Assembly (NCBI GenBank): GCA_030390025.1
Contig: CM059432.1
Location: 60,204,001-60,268,000 of the forward strand
Source of the DNA: Squalus acanthias
Taxonomy: Eukaryota
DNA length: 64,000 nucleotides
Reading direction: 5' to 3'
Positions within the stretch are counted from its first letter, which is position 1. Every line of letters starts with the position of its first letter. Below are positions 1 through 12,110 of the stretch, piece after piece. The notes beneath the pieces are model-generated. The model was not told the origin of the DNA. It did no database searches and was given only the letters and a program-made list of their open reading frames with translations. A program made the translations under genes and the position numbers.

Positions 1-167
1 AGAGGAAGCTGGTGACAGAATGCATTTTCATCCCTTGCATTTACAATTCATGATTGACTGCAATAGCATATGTTGCTCATAGAGATTGACTTCTGATCAT
101 CTTCACAATAGGATGTGTCTGCTACCTCCAGACCTGATGTCTAACTCATGCCTTTACTCTCCCACAG

Positions 168-1164
168 GACCATCGAGAGCCTCCCTCCCCACTGTCCAGG
201 AGGAAGAGCCAGATGAATCCTCAGAGGAACCTGGAGCCTCTGAGGGAGCAGTGTCACCAGGACTCAGCGCACCCAGCACCAGCACAGATACGCACACCTC
301 GGGGGGGTCCTTCGCGACATACAGTAGTGTTGTCACCTGGTGTATCACAGATCACAAGTGAGCATCAGCAGATACTGGAGACAGCGACAGCAGTGGACAG
401 TCCTCGTCGGAGGTCGCAGGACTCTCCTAGCTCAGCTCATCTGCATGTAGATGCTGTCCCTCTGGGGCCATCCAGAAAGAGAGCGGTGCTGGAACTCCAG
501 GAACAAGTGCAGGAGTCTCTGACAGGGTTTGCATCCAGGGTAACTCCGAGTGTGGAGAGAATGGAGGAGTCCATCTCTAACATGAGCACTGCCTTTGTGG
601 AGGCAATGACGCATGAACGTGCCACTATGGAGAGGACATAAGTCGCCACACTCAACAGAGCATGGTGACTCTTCTAAATAGATGGTCTGCTATGGAGGAT
701 AGATGGGCATCTATTGAGGAGAGACACCAGAGGTACATGGACGTCCCCGTTATGAGGACTGTCAGTACTGAGATGGGTCCTCATGGCTCCACTGAGGTGC
801 AGCAGGTTGCTCTCCAGCCACTTGCTAGCAGTGAAGTGCAGGTGACCCATGAGAGGGATGTTGGTGGCAGACAACAAAGAAGTGTGGGCTCCTCTCCAAG
901 CGCTCACACGACCATGCCACTGCAGAGCCCTTGGTCAGAGCCCCAGGTTTCTCACCCACTGAGATGGCCGTATCAGCCCCTACAAAGCCGCAGGAAGAGC
1001 AGACTGTGGAGGAGCCCTCACAGGCTCCCAAACCCAGAGGACGCCCATCAAAGCTGTCTAAGCAGGCGCAGCACCAAAGTGAGCAAGGTGCCTCTACACC
1101 TGCTGAAGCCACAGGGGAAGCACCACGTAGGAGCACGCATAAGAAGAAGTTAAAGCACAAATAG
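168..1164 (+). pseudogene. Exon 3 of Harbinger Myb/SANT partner gene, frameshifted
   Basis: Acceptor TACTCTCCCACAG ends at 167. ORF pieces 86-361, 213-641, 662-1153 and 931-1164 each match parts of the continuous ORF 62276-63391. C-terminus has KPRGRPSK and a basic tail. Confidence 0.85.
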
Positions 1165-1439
1165 TCGCAAGGGTAGCCACTTGGGTGTTTTATAGCATTG
1201 TTAAATATCGAGTTTGTGATGCAATTAAACAAACGTGATGGCAAAGAGTTGAGGTTCTGGCCTATGTGTTCCGGGAAATGGAAGTTCAAGAGTGAGGGCT
1301 CAGGGCTAATTCCATTTATAATGATGGTGCGAGAGTGAGATGAAACCACCGTTTATTGGACAGATCATGCATGACGTTTTGAGAACGTCGGCCTTATATT
1401 CATCTCCATCTGCCAGCCACTTGTGTTTGAAGCGTAAGT

Positions 1440-3930
1440 TTACGCAAATCTGGCATGGATTAGTGCTTCCCTTGTCAAACGGCCAGCAATGTGGTCGAGT
1501 GCGGCTGCATTGGCCACATCCGGCCCTGCAACACGTGGCTCCCTGTCCTCCTCCTCATCCTCCTCCTCATGCTCCTCCTTGTCCTCCTCCTCGTCCTCCT
1601 CTTCTTCTTCCGAGGAGTGTGTGTGCTGAACCACTTGTTCGCCCGGCAGACCTAAGCCGCGCTGCTGTGCCATGTTGTGCAGGGCACAGCAGACCACGAT
1701 GATTCTGGACACCCTGGCTGGTGCATACTGCAGGGTTCCACCAGATCTGTCCAGGCATTGGAGGCGTATTTTGAGCAAGCCGATGGTTTGCGCGATGATG
1801 CTTCTGGTGGAAATGTGGCTCACATTGTAGTGCTCCTCAGCCTCGTTTGTTGGCCTCCTCATCGGTGTCATAAGCCACTTTTTCAGGGGATAGCCCTTGT
1901 CACCAAGTAGCCATCCGGAAAGTTGGTTTGGCGGATGGAAGAGCTGAGGCACAGTAGACTGGCGCAGGTTGAAGGAGTCATGGCAACTGCCAGGGTACTT
2001 AGCGCAAATATGCATGATGATCTTCCTGTGGTTACACACCAGCTGGACGTTCAGGGAGTGGAATGCCTTGCAGTTGACAAATACAGCTGGGTTGTGATAG
2101 GGGGCCCTAATGGCTACATGTGTGCAGTCTATGACACCCTGCACCATTGGCAAGCCTGCCATATTGGCAAAGCCAACCACACGCATGGTCAGACTTGGGC
2201 CATCCGTGGAGAAGTGGATGTAATTGTGCGCATTTGCAAAGAGGGCATTGGTGACCTGCGTGATGCAGGTGTGTGCGGCTGACTGGGAGATGTCGCTGAT
2301 GTCTGCAGCTGATCCCTGGAAGAAGCCCGAAGCAAAGAAGTTGAGTGTGGTGGTGACTTTGACAGCCACTGATAAGGAGTGTCCACATGCTCCTCTGGGC
2401 ACCAGGTGTTGGTGCAGCATTGTGCAGATGTCAGCGACTACATCTCTCGAAAGTCTCAGCCTCCTTTGGCACTGCTGCTCAGTCATGCTGAGGAAGCTGA
2501 TCCTCTACCTGTAAACCCTGTGTTGGGGGTATCTCCTGCAGCGAGGTGCAGCCCTGCGCTGATGCCCTCTGCTCGGTGCAGCATCAGGTGGGTGAGGAGG
2601 AGGTTGGCGTTCCTGGTGCTGGTGCTGCTGCTGCTGTTGTGGCTGGTTGTCTTCTTCTTCTTAGGCAGTCCCTCGGAACCGAGGATGACTTGCTTCCACA
2701 CTAAAAATGAGTTCTCAGGTGACTGATGAGTCCAATGCGGGACCTACAGTCTGTGTCACAGGTGTATGCAGATGGTGGTTGAAGGGGCAGGTGGGTGGGG
2801 TGCTTGGGTTGATGGGCACTCCTTCCACTGTTTGCGCTTGACTTCCGCTTGCTCCTGGCGAAGAGACTCGAGGTGTTCAGCGCCTTCCTGGATGATTCTC
2901 CTCCACTTTGTGCGGTCTTGGGCCAGGAATTCCCAGGTGTCGGTGGGGATGTTGCACTTTTTCAAGGAGGTTTTGAGGGTGTCCTTGAAGTGTTTCCTCT
3001 GCCCATCTGGGGCTCTCTTGCCGTGTCGGAGTTCCGCGTAAAGCACTTGTTTTGGGAGTCTCGTATCGCGCATGCGGACGATGTGGCCCATCCATCGGAG
3101 CTGATCGAGCGTGGTCAAAGCTTCGATGCTGGGGATGTTGGCCTGAGCGAGAACACTGACGTTGGTGCGTTTATCCTGCCAATGGATTTGCAGGATCTTG
3201 CGGAGGCAGCGTTGGTGGTACCTCTCCAGTGCTTTGAGCATACAGGAGGGCGGGTATCACTACTGCTCTGTAGACCATGAGTTTGGTGCTGGATTTGAAG
3301 TCCTGGTCTTCAAACACTCTCTTCCTCAGGCGACCAAAGGCTGCACTGGCACACTGAAGGCGGTGTTGGACTTCGTCATCGACGTCTGCCCTTGTTGACA
3401 GTAGGCTCCCGAGGTATGGAAAGTGGTCCACATTGTCCAAGGCCTCGTCTTCAATGACAGAGGATGGGACGACCTTGGATCTGGACTGGAGGTGACGGAG
3501 GTTGAACAGTTTCCCGTTTGTTCTGTAGATTAGCTCCACTCCAGCGGGGAGCTTACGGAGGGTGAGATGGAGCATTGCAGTCAGGAAGATCGAGAAGAGC
3601 GTTGGTGCGATGATACAGCCTTGTTTGACCCTGGTCCGTATGAATTGGGTCTGTGGTGGATCCGTTGGTCAGGATCACGGCTTGCATGTTGTCGTGAAGC
3701 AGGCGGAGGATGGTGACAAAAGTTTGAGGGCAGCCGAATTTGAGGAGGACACTCCATAATCCCTCATGGTTGACAGTGTCGAAGGCCTTTGTGAGGTCAA
3801 AGAAGGCCATGTACAGCGGTTGGTGCTGTTCCCTGCATTTCTCTGCTGGTGCTGCTGTTGTGGCTGGTTGTGGTGCTCCCACGGCTGCTCTTCCTCTGAA
3901 TCTGATGACCAGGATGAGAGGTTCCCATAC
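1440..3930 (-). pseudogene. Harbinger (HARBI1-like) DDE transposase, disabled; 348-aa open core at 1440-2486
   Basis: Motifs [43 protein letters not shown] and an acidic tail. Third catalytic E is A (IIAQTIG, codon 1791-1793). In-frame TAG just upstream of 2486, RTE insertion 2651-3849 in the N-terminal coding part, and a ~10-bp deletion near the start relative to the copy at ~63860. Confidence 0.9.
2651..3849 (-). mobile_element. RTE-clade (BovB-like) LINE, 5'-truncated, internally deleted
   Basis: Peptides FFDLTKAFDTV, FPYLGS, RWMGHIVRMRDTRLPKQVLYAEL; (AAG)n 3' tail. 22-bp TSD TGCTGCTGTTGTGGCTGGTTGT at 2629-2650 and 3850-3871. YADD region deleted relative to the 38.8-kb copy. Confidence 0.92.
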
Positions 3931-4468
3931 CATTGCTATAGATTTCAGTTGAGGCAAGAAGCTTGCAAACGCACAGTCAAAGTGGCCTGAGAATATTCCA
4001 ATCAGGTCACACTGCAGATGGCTGTCAGCTTGAACAGTCACAAGATCAGTAGAGTTGCAAAATCTTATCCCAAACCTCCAACAACAAAGTTGTGGCATTT
4101 GAATGTCAGCCATGTTGCAGGAGCACTTTTAAGCGGCTGCAGCAATTGACAACAAATCATGTCCTCGAGAAACCCGACTCATTGCAGCTGGCGTGTTTCT
4201 CAGACGACGGGAAACAGGAGCCAAAAGCACCAAAATCGGAATCGCATTTTAAAATAGGATTAGCAAGTCACTTAACAGGCTGTTAACTGCATTAACTGCC
4301 TTTCCCGCCATTTGGTGTCGGGTCAGTTCTGGAGCGGCTGACCCGACACTTACGAAATTAGCGTGGGGGCGGGTTGGAGGCGGGTTGGCAGCCAACCGTC
4401 AATTTTTCCGATTTTTGCTGCCGACCCGCCTCCAAACCCACCCTCTTAGGTCCATTAAAATCGAGCCT

Positions 4469-5283
4469 CTGGGGTCTGATACTCAGCTCAGGATCAGACA
4501 TGGTAACTTCAACAGTCTGGTTCAACCTGAGACAGTGGAGGTCATTTTGACCTAACCCACTTGGTGGGAAACTGATGGAGATGGTTCGGCTGTCTGTTTT
4601 ACACTCCGCCTGATTATACTTCCCATTGACTTTCTCCTGACGTTAATAGATATAAAATTGGGGCAGTGTGTAAAATGGGTGGCCAATCTGATCCCGTCAG
4701 TTACCCGCCAGGCAGGTTAGATTAAAATTGCCCCTAGTGGCCAGGAAAGGAAAGGAATCAGTGGCATGGTAGCGAGTTTGTGATGGCTTTGTTCTTCCCA
4801 AAGCTGTGCTACAGGAAGGTAATATTCATCCAAGACTAGGTTTTGGACAAGCAGTCTAACAACACAGAGGTAGTTGAGGGGCCAAAGGAAGTGGTAGAGA
4901 GGTAGACCTGAGTGTCATCAACATACATATGGAAGCTAACGTTGTGTCTGCTGAAGATGTTGCCAAAAAGCACATGTAAATGAGGAAGATGCTTTAGCTT
5001 CGTTCATATAGGTAGGAATGGAACCAGGCATGGGCAGTCTAATGAAGCTGGACAACGGCAATGAGGATGGTGTGGCTGACTGTGTCAAATGAAGTGGAGT
5101 CATCAAGGAGGATGAGGAATGATAATGCACCATGGTCACAGTCACAAAGAATGCCATTTGTGACTTTGGTTAGAGCCGTTTCAGCGCTGTAAGAAAAGTG
5201 GATGCCAGTTTGGAAGGTTACAAACATGGAGTTATGGTAGAGATGCGCATAGAGCTGGAAAGGGATGATACATTCAAAGATCT
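4469..5283 (-). mobile_element. Degraded L2-clade LINE RT fragment
   Basis: ORF 5039-5227 reads FQTGIHFSYSAETALTKVTNGIL...LILLDDSTSFDTVSHTIL, resembling the L2-type QSGF..HSTETAL..LLDLSAAFDT motif. Confidence 0.75.
4537..4734. mobile_element. Small palindromic Harbinger-type MITE inside the L2 fragment
   Basis: Imperfect TIRs GGAGGTCATTTTGACCTAACC / GGTTAGATTAAAATTGCCCC; CAG/TAG flanks. A right-half copy lies at about 5290-5354. Confidence 0.65.
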
Positions 5284-5390
5284 TCCCATCAAGGTCTGGT
5301 GGCTGATCTGACCCCGTAAGTTTCCCACAGGCGGGTTAGTTTAACATTGCCCCCTGATTTTAAATTGGCTGGTTATCTAAAGAGAGAAAA

Positions 5391-5812
5391 TGCTTCCATT
5401 TATGTTGCGCCTTTCACATCTTCAGGACATCTTAAAGTGCTTCACAGCCAATGAATTGCTTTTGAAGTGTAGCCGCATTTGTTTTGTAAGCAAACGATTT
5501 GTCCACAGCAAAGTCCCACAAATAGAAAATTAGGTAAATTAGGTTAGTCTGTTTCGGTGGGGTTGATTGAGGGAAAGGATGTTGGCCAGAACACTGGGTG
5601 AAGTCCCTGTTCTTATTTGAAAAGTGCCATGAGACCTTTTACATTCACCTGAACATGTAGATAGAGCCTCAGAGAATGTCTCATCTAAAAGACAGCATCT
5701 CCAACATTGCAGCATTCCTTCTGTACTACACTGAAGTGTCAGTCTAGATTATGTGCTCAAATCCTAGGACTTGAACCCACAACCTAATGACTCAGAGGTG
5801 AAAATGCTATCA
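5391..5812 (-). mobile_element. DeuSINE (SacSINE1/AmnSINE-like) SINE
   Basis: tRNA-like head (box B reverse GACTTGAACCC) and body homologous to five other copies in the window. Confidence 0.8.
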
Positions 5813-6037
5813 TATTAGCATTAGCATTTCGTACAGGTATTAAAACTTATTTGTGTTCAATGCAAGTTCCATAGTTACACACAAAACATGATCAGTTCTA
5901 TATGCATTTCAAAATGCAATTAGATTGTAATGTTTGGCTCAGCCTATTTTTCACAATCCTCATCTCAAAAAGGACAATCTTCCCTAGGTCACAGCTACCT
6001 TCTTAATTAGCACAAAGCAAACACCATCTGACAGAAC

Positions 6038-6946
6038 GGGGGGAGTTTTAGCCCCCAAAAAACAGGTGGATTGGGGTCTTGTGAGAAGTTAAAGTATTAA
6101 AAATCTGAATCCCGACCAGAACCCGCCTCCAAACCGCCCGCTTCTGATGCTAACGGAAGCGGGACATGGGCAGGTCGTCCATTTAAATATTATAATAAGG
6201 CTAGCGTGTCTCAGATTTAACTTCCATTTTAAATGTAACTGTAGCTGGTTGGGCTTTGCAGGCCCCGGAAAACACAACAGCTAATGAAAGGCGAGGACTG
6301 CTGGAGGTAATTGCCTTTACACTTACCTCCTGGATCCAGCATCCCTACCTAAACCACACCCCCCCCCACCCCGGTGATCGGAGAACCCCCCCACGAGGCC
6401 TCCAATCCCCCCATCAAGCCTTCCCCGCCCCATCCCCCCCCCACTCCGCCTCCCCTGCCCTGCTCTTCCTGGCCCTCCGATAATGCTCCGAAGCCCCCCA
6501 TCCCCGCTCCTCTGGCCCCCGATCTGCTGCTCAGGACCCCCCCCCGCTTTCCTCCGACCCCCGATCTGGCGCTCCGACTTCTGATTGTTCCCGAACCCCC
6601 ACCCCCCCAGTTCCTCTGGTCCTCTGATCAGTCCCAACTACACCTCTCCCTGCTCCTCCAGCCCTCCAATCGGTCCCGACCCCCATTCCCCTGCTCCTCG
6701 CGCGCTCCCCGTGCACCTCCAGACCTCCCGACCACCCCCGGCCCTTACGCGATCCCTCCCTCCCTCCTCTCTGCGGCCTAGTACCACAGGCCTAGCCACC
6801 TGCAGCCAGCCAGCCTCTCAATCTGGCTGGCTGCAGGTGGGAAACAGAGGTATCCAATGCAAATCAGGCCCTGCCATTCTTCCTGGTTTCCTGACCACTT
6901 CTGAGCCCCCCTGCTCCCAACCTGCCAAACTATTAAAATTCAGGCC
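6038..6946. mobile_element. Non-autonomous Harbinger-like element with C-rich core
   Basis: Termini GGGGGAGTTTTA / TAAAATTCAGGCC; ACCCGCC-type subterminal motifs; CCCCGATC-rich low-complexity centre 6350-6780. Confidence 0.6.
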
Positions 6947-6974
6947 AGCATTTCAGTTTGTTCTCCCAGGTGTG

Positions 6975-7381
6975 CTTTTTTTTTTGTATGTTTGCTCATC
7001 ATGGGTGAGTAATGACAGTTCTGGTCAGATTGCATGAGCTAGATACAGGGTAAATCTCCTCTGCTCTAACAGAGATCTGTAACCACAACTGCACAAGAGC
7101 ATCCCCATACTGCACCAAAATGACATTTCCATTTCCCACATTACCCATCCTTATGGCTTCTCGAAGGGAGATTGTCCAATTAGTGCCGAATTATATTCAG
7201 GCTTGTGCTGTGGACTTGTATCCATAGGGACATGGGTTGAGACAGCTCAAACTCATTTCTCTTAGGACCCTTAACAGCTGTCAGAGAGAGGAGACTTTCA
7301 TCCCACTAGATTGGGCTAGATTTGAACCTACGTCCCTTAGGTGTAAGGACAGTGTTCTAACCCACTGCATCAAGCAGTCCC
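6975..7381 (-). mobile_element. LF-SINE-like tRNA-derived SINE
   Basis: Minus strand reads GGGACTG...GGTTCAAATCTAGCCC...GAAAGTC...TCTGACAGCTGTT...GAAATGAGTT...GTCTCA...GTCCACAGCACAA...GGCACTAATTGG, collinear with the LF-SINE consensus as recalled; not aligned computationally. Confidence 0.7.
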
Positions 7382-8047
7382 TAAAAATACTGCTTTCTAT
7401 CTCAAAGCTCTGGTGTATGTTTTCTCAAAGAAGGGCAATACTGTTACAGCTCAAATTACTGCTGTGCTTTTCAGATTTAATACCTGTTTTGCACACTCAC
7501 AGACCTAGGACTATATTTTTCTTCATTCACTTATTTTAAAAAAAAAGTAGACATAAGACTAAAATAGCAAACACCGCTTTAAGTTCTTGTCAACTACAAA
7601 ATTAGCAAAATTAAAATACAGCGCCTAATGTGATATTTGGTGAAAAAGTTTGCTTCATGTTGTAATAGTAGTAGCTTGGAAACTCAAGACTAAATAATAC
7701 TGAAATGTGCAAGACACGCAACTGATGAATGCCAATATTTACAAGGCAAGTCATGAAATGGAAAACTTATATTAGTATATCAGCAAAAAAGTGAAGGAAC
7801 CTAGGTGGTTCAACTCAACTTTTTGAATGAATATGGAGTGGTATTGACAAAGGCAAAAGTACAGAATGCCACATCTCCAAATGCCCCCATATTCTGACAA
7901 AAGGACTAAGCATTGGGGTAAGAAGCCTGCATTGAAGAGGGATACAAACATACTTCCTAGCCCTAAATTTGCATGGGGAATATCCACATAACCTACTGAA
8001 CCATCTGGAGAAATAGACGGCATAAACAGCTGCTTAATTCATTTTTC

Positions 8048-8118
8048 TGGGATTTTCGCTGATCTCCCGCCAAAGTTACGGCAGGGGATCAGGAGAACCC
8101 CTGCAGAAATTCATGGCC
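8048..8118 (-). repeat. Fragment of small MITE family also at 55478-55610
   Basis: Reverse complement GAATTTC..GTTCTCCTGATC..TGCCGTAACTTTGGCGGGAGATCAGCGAAAATCCC matches about 55480-55545. Confidence 0.55.
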
Positions 8119-9029
8119 TCTGTATTTTGATGTTTCAGGTTTCACTTTATTTTTAGGAAGTTTTTGTTTTCTTGATTTTTAAAATCAAACTAATGCACTT
8201 ATGAGAACTCTGGTACGAATTTTGTGAGCTTTTTCCCATATTTTCAATGCTTTATCAGTTAAACCTGAAAACTGGAAACCTACTTTCACTTGAGTATCAG
8301 AAAACATGTAAGTAAAATGAACTATTTATTAATTTGTACAAAGGCCACCAAAACTAAAATCAAAACAGGGTTATAATTAGACATTCAACACTAGTTCAAT
8401 GTAATTTTCAACAAATTTAGTAGATATATTTCTATATACTTATTAACTCAATATTCAATTCACATATCAAGGGTGATTTGGTGATCCCATGCTCTCAGTG
8501 GGAATGCTACATTCATAGAGAGTGCAGGTCAGAGACACATATATATCAAATGTCAACCTTCACGCTGACATCACCATTTTGCAAATCCAGTCAGCATGTC
8601 AGGGCACCCCAAATTTCAGGGCAAATCCAGGACCCTCTCCTCCCAAGACCGGCCATTGTTATACAATTAAAATAAGGTCTGCAATCCCTGATTCTCCAAC
8701 TTACACTCCCTGCGAACACGGCTCACTGCTGGCAGTGCAGGATCACCGAATCACACCTATAGAGAATTTCAGATCTACTTGCTCAGACTTCCCTGTTTAT
8801 TATGGAAATAATTAAGATTCTTCAAAAGTTCACATATGTTACTTAGTTACAAATATAGAAGACAACTTTCAACTTCGGCAGAGGTGAAAAACTGGCATAT
8901 CAGCTGCCTGTTATACACCTCACCTGATTTTCCTTTCCATTCCCTCTACCACCATCGATTTGTTTAATCACTCTCATGCCTCTATCTTTGCTGTCCTTAT
9001 TCACATAAAAACTATTACTGTCTCCCACA

Positions 9030-9590
9030 TCTGCTGCGGACTGAGTTGACGACACTATCCTCTTCCAAAGCTTCTCCTCCATTATCTAATTTTGTGGGAC
9101 TTTTCTTGCGTGGCTCCATTTCTATCTATGCAAATGTAGCCAGTGCATCTCCAGCAATGGCTTCTCTCCCCTTCCCCACATCATGACCTCTTTGCTGGCT
9201 TTCCTCCACCTTCCATAAAATCCAACTTGTGCAAACCTCTGTCTTGTGAATCCTGATCTGCACTAAGTTCCGCTCGCGCATCATTCCTATCTACACTGAC
9301 CTACATTGGCTACCTGTCCTCCAAAGCATTATTTATTTTCATTTTTAAAGCCCTTCAGTGTCTCACCCCACCCTATCTCTGCAATCTCATCCGGACCTAT
9401 TTCCCTCTCGAACACTCTGTTTCCCTGACTTTGGTCTCTTATGCATCCCATTCTTCAGATCCTTCACTCCACCACTGGCAACAGAGTCTTTAGTTAGCTC
9501 GGTCTACTTTCTGAAATTCTCTTCCTAAACCTATCTGAGGTGACTTGGGATTTTTTTTGTGTTAAAGGCACTGTGTAAATGGTAGTTAGT
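9030..9590 (+). mobile_element. Degraded L2-like LINE fragments (RT piece and 3' end)
   Basis: Homologous (inverted) to 4940-5090 and (direct) to the L2-like 3' ends at 15352-15731 and 30140-30422. Confidence 0.6.
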
Positions 9591-9728
9591 AGGCAAGTTT
9601 TAATGCTACCTTTATATTTTTATTTCCCTTATAACTAACTTTGAAAACAAGGACATTTCTGTAAATAATATGGATAATGCAGTACTCAATTTAGTAGTAA
9701 TCCCTTACATGCTATAAGTGATTACTAG

Positions 9729-9950
9729 TGACATGAATCTTGTCATTCATGGGAAATGACTTATGACATAATACTGGGCGGCCTGCTGGTGGCGCTGTCC
9801 AGGGAGAGTATAAATACTCGGGCATGGGCCCAGCTTGCTCAGGACATTCTTTAACAGGAACTAGTGAAGGACAACTAGAACTCCATGTTGTAAAACAGTT
9901 GATTAAAGCTTTAACGCTTAGATCAAGAGCCTAGTAGTTTTCTTATGTCA
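9729..9950 (+). mobile_element. Solo LTR, 222 bp
   Basis: TG...CA ends with 6-bp inverted termini TGACAT/ATGTCA; perfect 5-bp TSD ACTAG (9724-9728, 9951-9955); TATAAA at about 9809 and ATTAAA at about 9902 in U3-R-U5 order. Confidence 0.85.
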
Positions 9951-10429
9951 ACTAGTATGTACTGCCAAATGTTAAATAAAATAATCTGAGATATATATGT
10001 GATTTTCCGTACTGGATGTATGCATTTATGTTTTCTTAAAAACATAAATGATTGTTTTTGCTTATCTTTCTGAAATTTGCTATGTTCATTGAGTGAAAAT
10101 ATGTCTACCATAAATATTATTCTGCTAATCTAGTTTTCTAAAATTTACTGTGCTTTATAAATCATGACATCACTGTCAGTTAATTAAAAGTGCATGTTTC
10201 ATAAGCGTGAAGCTTTATTTTGGAGAGAAGTCAAATCTTTACCACTAATGCTTAGAATTGTGTCTCACGCACCAGTTGATCTCAGAAACTGACAGGAAAA
10301 TCAACTAACAAAGAAAGTAACAAATATTCTGCCAACTTATGTTTTAACCACACAGAAATATTTGCTGAAGATAGAACTTGTAAACAATATTTAACTCTTT
10401 GAGGATTATTACACCAACATTTCCTATTA

Positions 10430-11296
10430 CAAAAGCAAAATACTGCGGATGCTGGAAATCTGAAATAAAAACAGAAAATGCTGGAAATACTCAGCAGGTC
10501 AGGCAGCATCTGTGGAGAGAGAAACAGAGTTAATGGGGCAGAAATTAGGCTCGCCACGGGTGAGTACGCACTATGTACTCACCCGTGGTCGGAACGAAAG
10601 TGCCGGTTTCTTGCATGCACTGTGCATGCGCGGGAAACCGGCACTTCCGTTCCCCTGAAGGAAGGGGTTCAGAGGTCGAACACGCACGCCGGAGGGCCAG
10701 CGCGTTCGCCTCGCACGTCGTTTTTTTTTACAGGTTCCTCCGTGAGGGTAAGCACGGAGAAGATACACTTTTAAAAAGGAGGCGCAAGGCCTTCTTTTAA
10801 CAAGGTAAGTGTTGATTTTATTAAAATGTAAACATTTTTTTCACAGATTTATCTTTTTTAATTACTTTAAAGAAAGGTAAGTTTAGTTTTAACCCTGTTA
10901 AAAAGTGTAATTAATTTTTTCAAAAATTTTAATTTTTGTTTAAAATAGTTAATTAATGTAATTTATAGTTATTTTAAAAATGTGATTTAAAAAAAAATGT
11001 ATTTGTAGTTTTAGGGATGTTTTGGGGCCGATCTGTATTCATAGATTTGACAGACATTAAGAGATGGTGCAAGGCAAAAGGAGATGGTAATGGGACAAGT
11101 TAAGAAACAAAAGATGGCTCTAGATGAAGAGTAAAAAATTTAAAAAAAAATAATAATTTTGGAGCGGAGAATTAAAGTGACAGGCGACCGGAAGCTCAGG
11201 GGTTACCCTTACAGACTGAATGGAGGTGTTCCGCAAAGCGGTCACCCAATCTGCATTTTGGTCTCCCCAATGTAGAGGAGACCGCATCGTGAGCAG
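10430..11296 (-). mobile_element. Penelope-like retroelement fragment (GIY-YIG remnant and terminus), interrupted by a MITE
   Basis: 11165-11296 (-) reads CSRCGLLYIGETK/CRLGDRFAEHL..SV/PELPVACHFNS with frameshifts. Terminus 10430-10534 recurs at 38478-38540 and 41111-41187. Confidence 0.8.
10535..11030. mobile_element. Harbinger-like MITE, right end not found
   Basis: Starts GGGGCAGAAATT; internal palindromes (CCACGGGTGAGTAC..GTACTCACCCGTGG; TGCCGGTTTC..GAAACCGGCA) and AT-rich core shared with 22025-22782. Confidence 0.65.
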
Positions 11297-11645
11297 ATTT
11301 CCTATTAGTTTATTCAAAGAATACTGTTAACGAAGAAATATCCAGCAATTCTCTACATTTCTTATGATGCAGTTGACCTTCAATAAAATTCCCTTGCCAC
11401 AACTATATTTCAGTTATAATGTTCCATTGTCACGGCTCTTGCTCCTCCTATGCAAATTCATACACTGTAGTAAACGCAAGAGTTTGAAAAACAAGAAGTT
11501 AGTTTTAATAGTCGTTAACTCTAATTACAGAAACAGCCTTTAATTCTGAAAAGCAAGTATGTGTTGATTAAAATGATCGTTGTTCATTATCTCTAATGCC
11601 TATTTCTGTACCAATGCTGCACACGTACAGGTTAACTATGTAAAA

Positions 11646-12110
11646 CGTGTCATCTTGCTCAGTTGGTAGCATTCTGAACTCTAATGTCAGAATGCTGTGG
11701 GTTCAAGCTCCACTCCAGGATTTGAGTACATATTCCAGGCAGACACTTCAATGCAGTACAGAGGGTGTGTTGCATTGTTGAAACTACCATCATTGAGATG
11801 AGATGTTAAATCAAGGCCCTGTTCAGGTGGATCTTTTATGATATAAAGGATCCCATAGCATTATTCAAAGAAGAGCAGAGAGCTTGCCTGGTATCCTGGC
11901 CTAAAATCTATCCCTCAACCAACACCACCAAAAACAAATTAACTGGTCATTTATCTCATTACTGTTTGTGGGACCTTCCTGTAGTCAAATTGGTTGTTGT
12001 TTTTGCCTGTAAAACAACAGTGACTACACTTCAAAAGTAATCCTTTGGCTATGAAACACTTTGGAATGAATTTAGGACATGAAAGATACTATATATAAAG
12101 TTTGTTCTTT
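11646..12110 (+). mobile_element. DeuSINE (SacSINE1-like) SINE
   Basis: Box A/B-like GCTCAGTTGGTAGCA...GGGTTCAAGCTCC head followed by the shared body. Confidence 0.82.

Larger units (their letters stand above)
1..4468. mobile_element. PIF/Harbinger DNA transposon, family A copy 1 (left end outside window)
   Basis: Myb-gene 3' exon (+) convergent with Harbinger DDE transposase (-). Right terminus ATTAAAATCGAGCC (4454-4467) is the exact reverse complement of the left terminus of the homologous copy (61211-61224). Position 1 aligns with about 62201. Confidence 0.9.

Noticed and set aside
1440..2486. Domesticated host gene HARBI1
   Set aside because: It lies within a TIR-bearing element next to its Myb gene, with a disrupted 5' region; it is a transposon copy.
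2720..2760. Hammerhead ribozyme core CTGATGA (also 61384, 57884)
   Set aside because: No downstream stem II and GAAA arrangement found.
6256..7037. Pro-rich and Gly-rich ORFs (also 14960-15254 and 27734-29689)
   Set aside because: Artefacts of C-rich low-complexity cores of non-autonomous elements.
11646..11720. tRNA gene (also 7310-7381, 58960-59025)
   Set aside because: Box A/B-like heads run directly into SINE bodies, and no full cloverleaf is evident.
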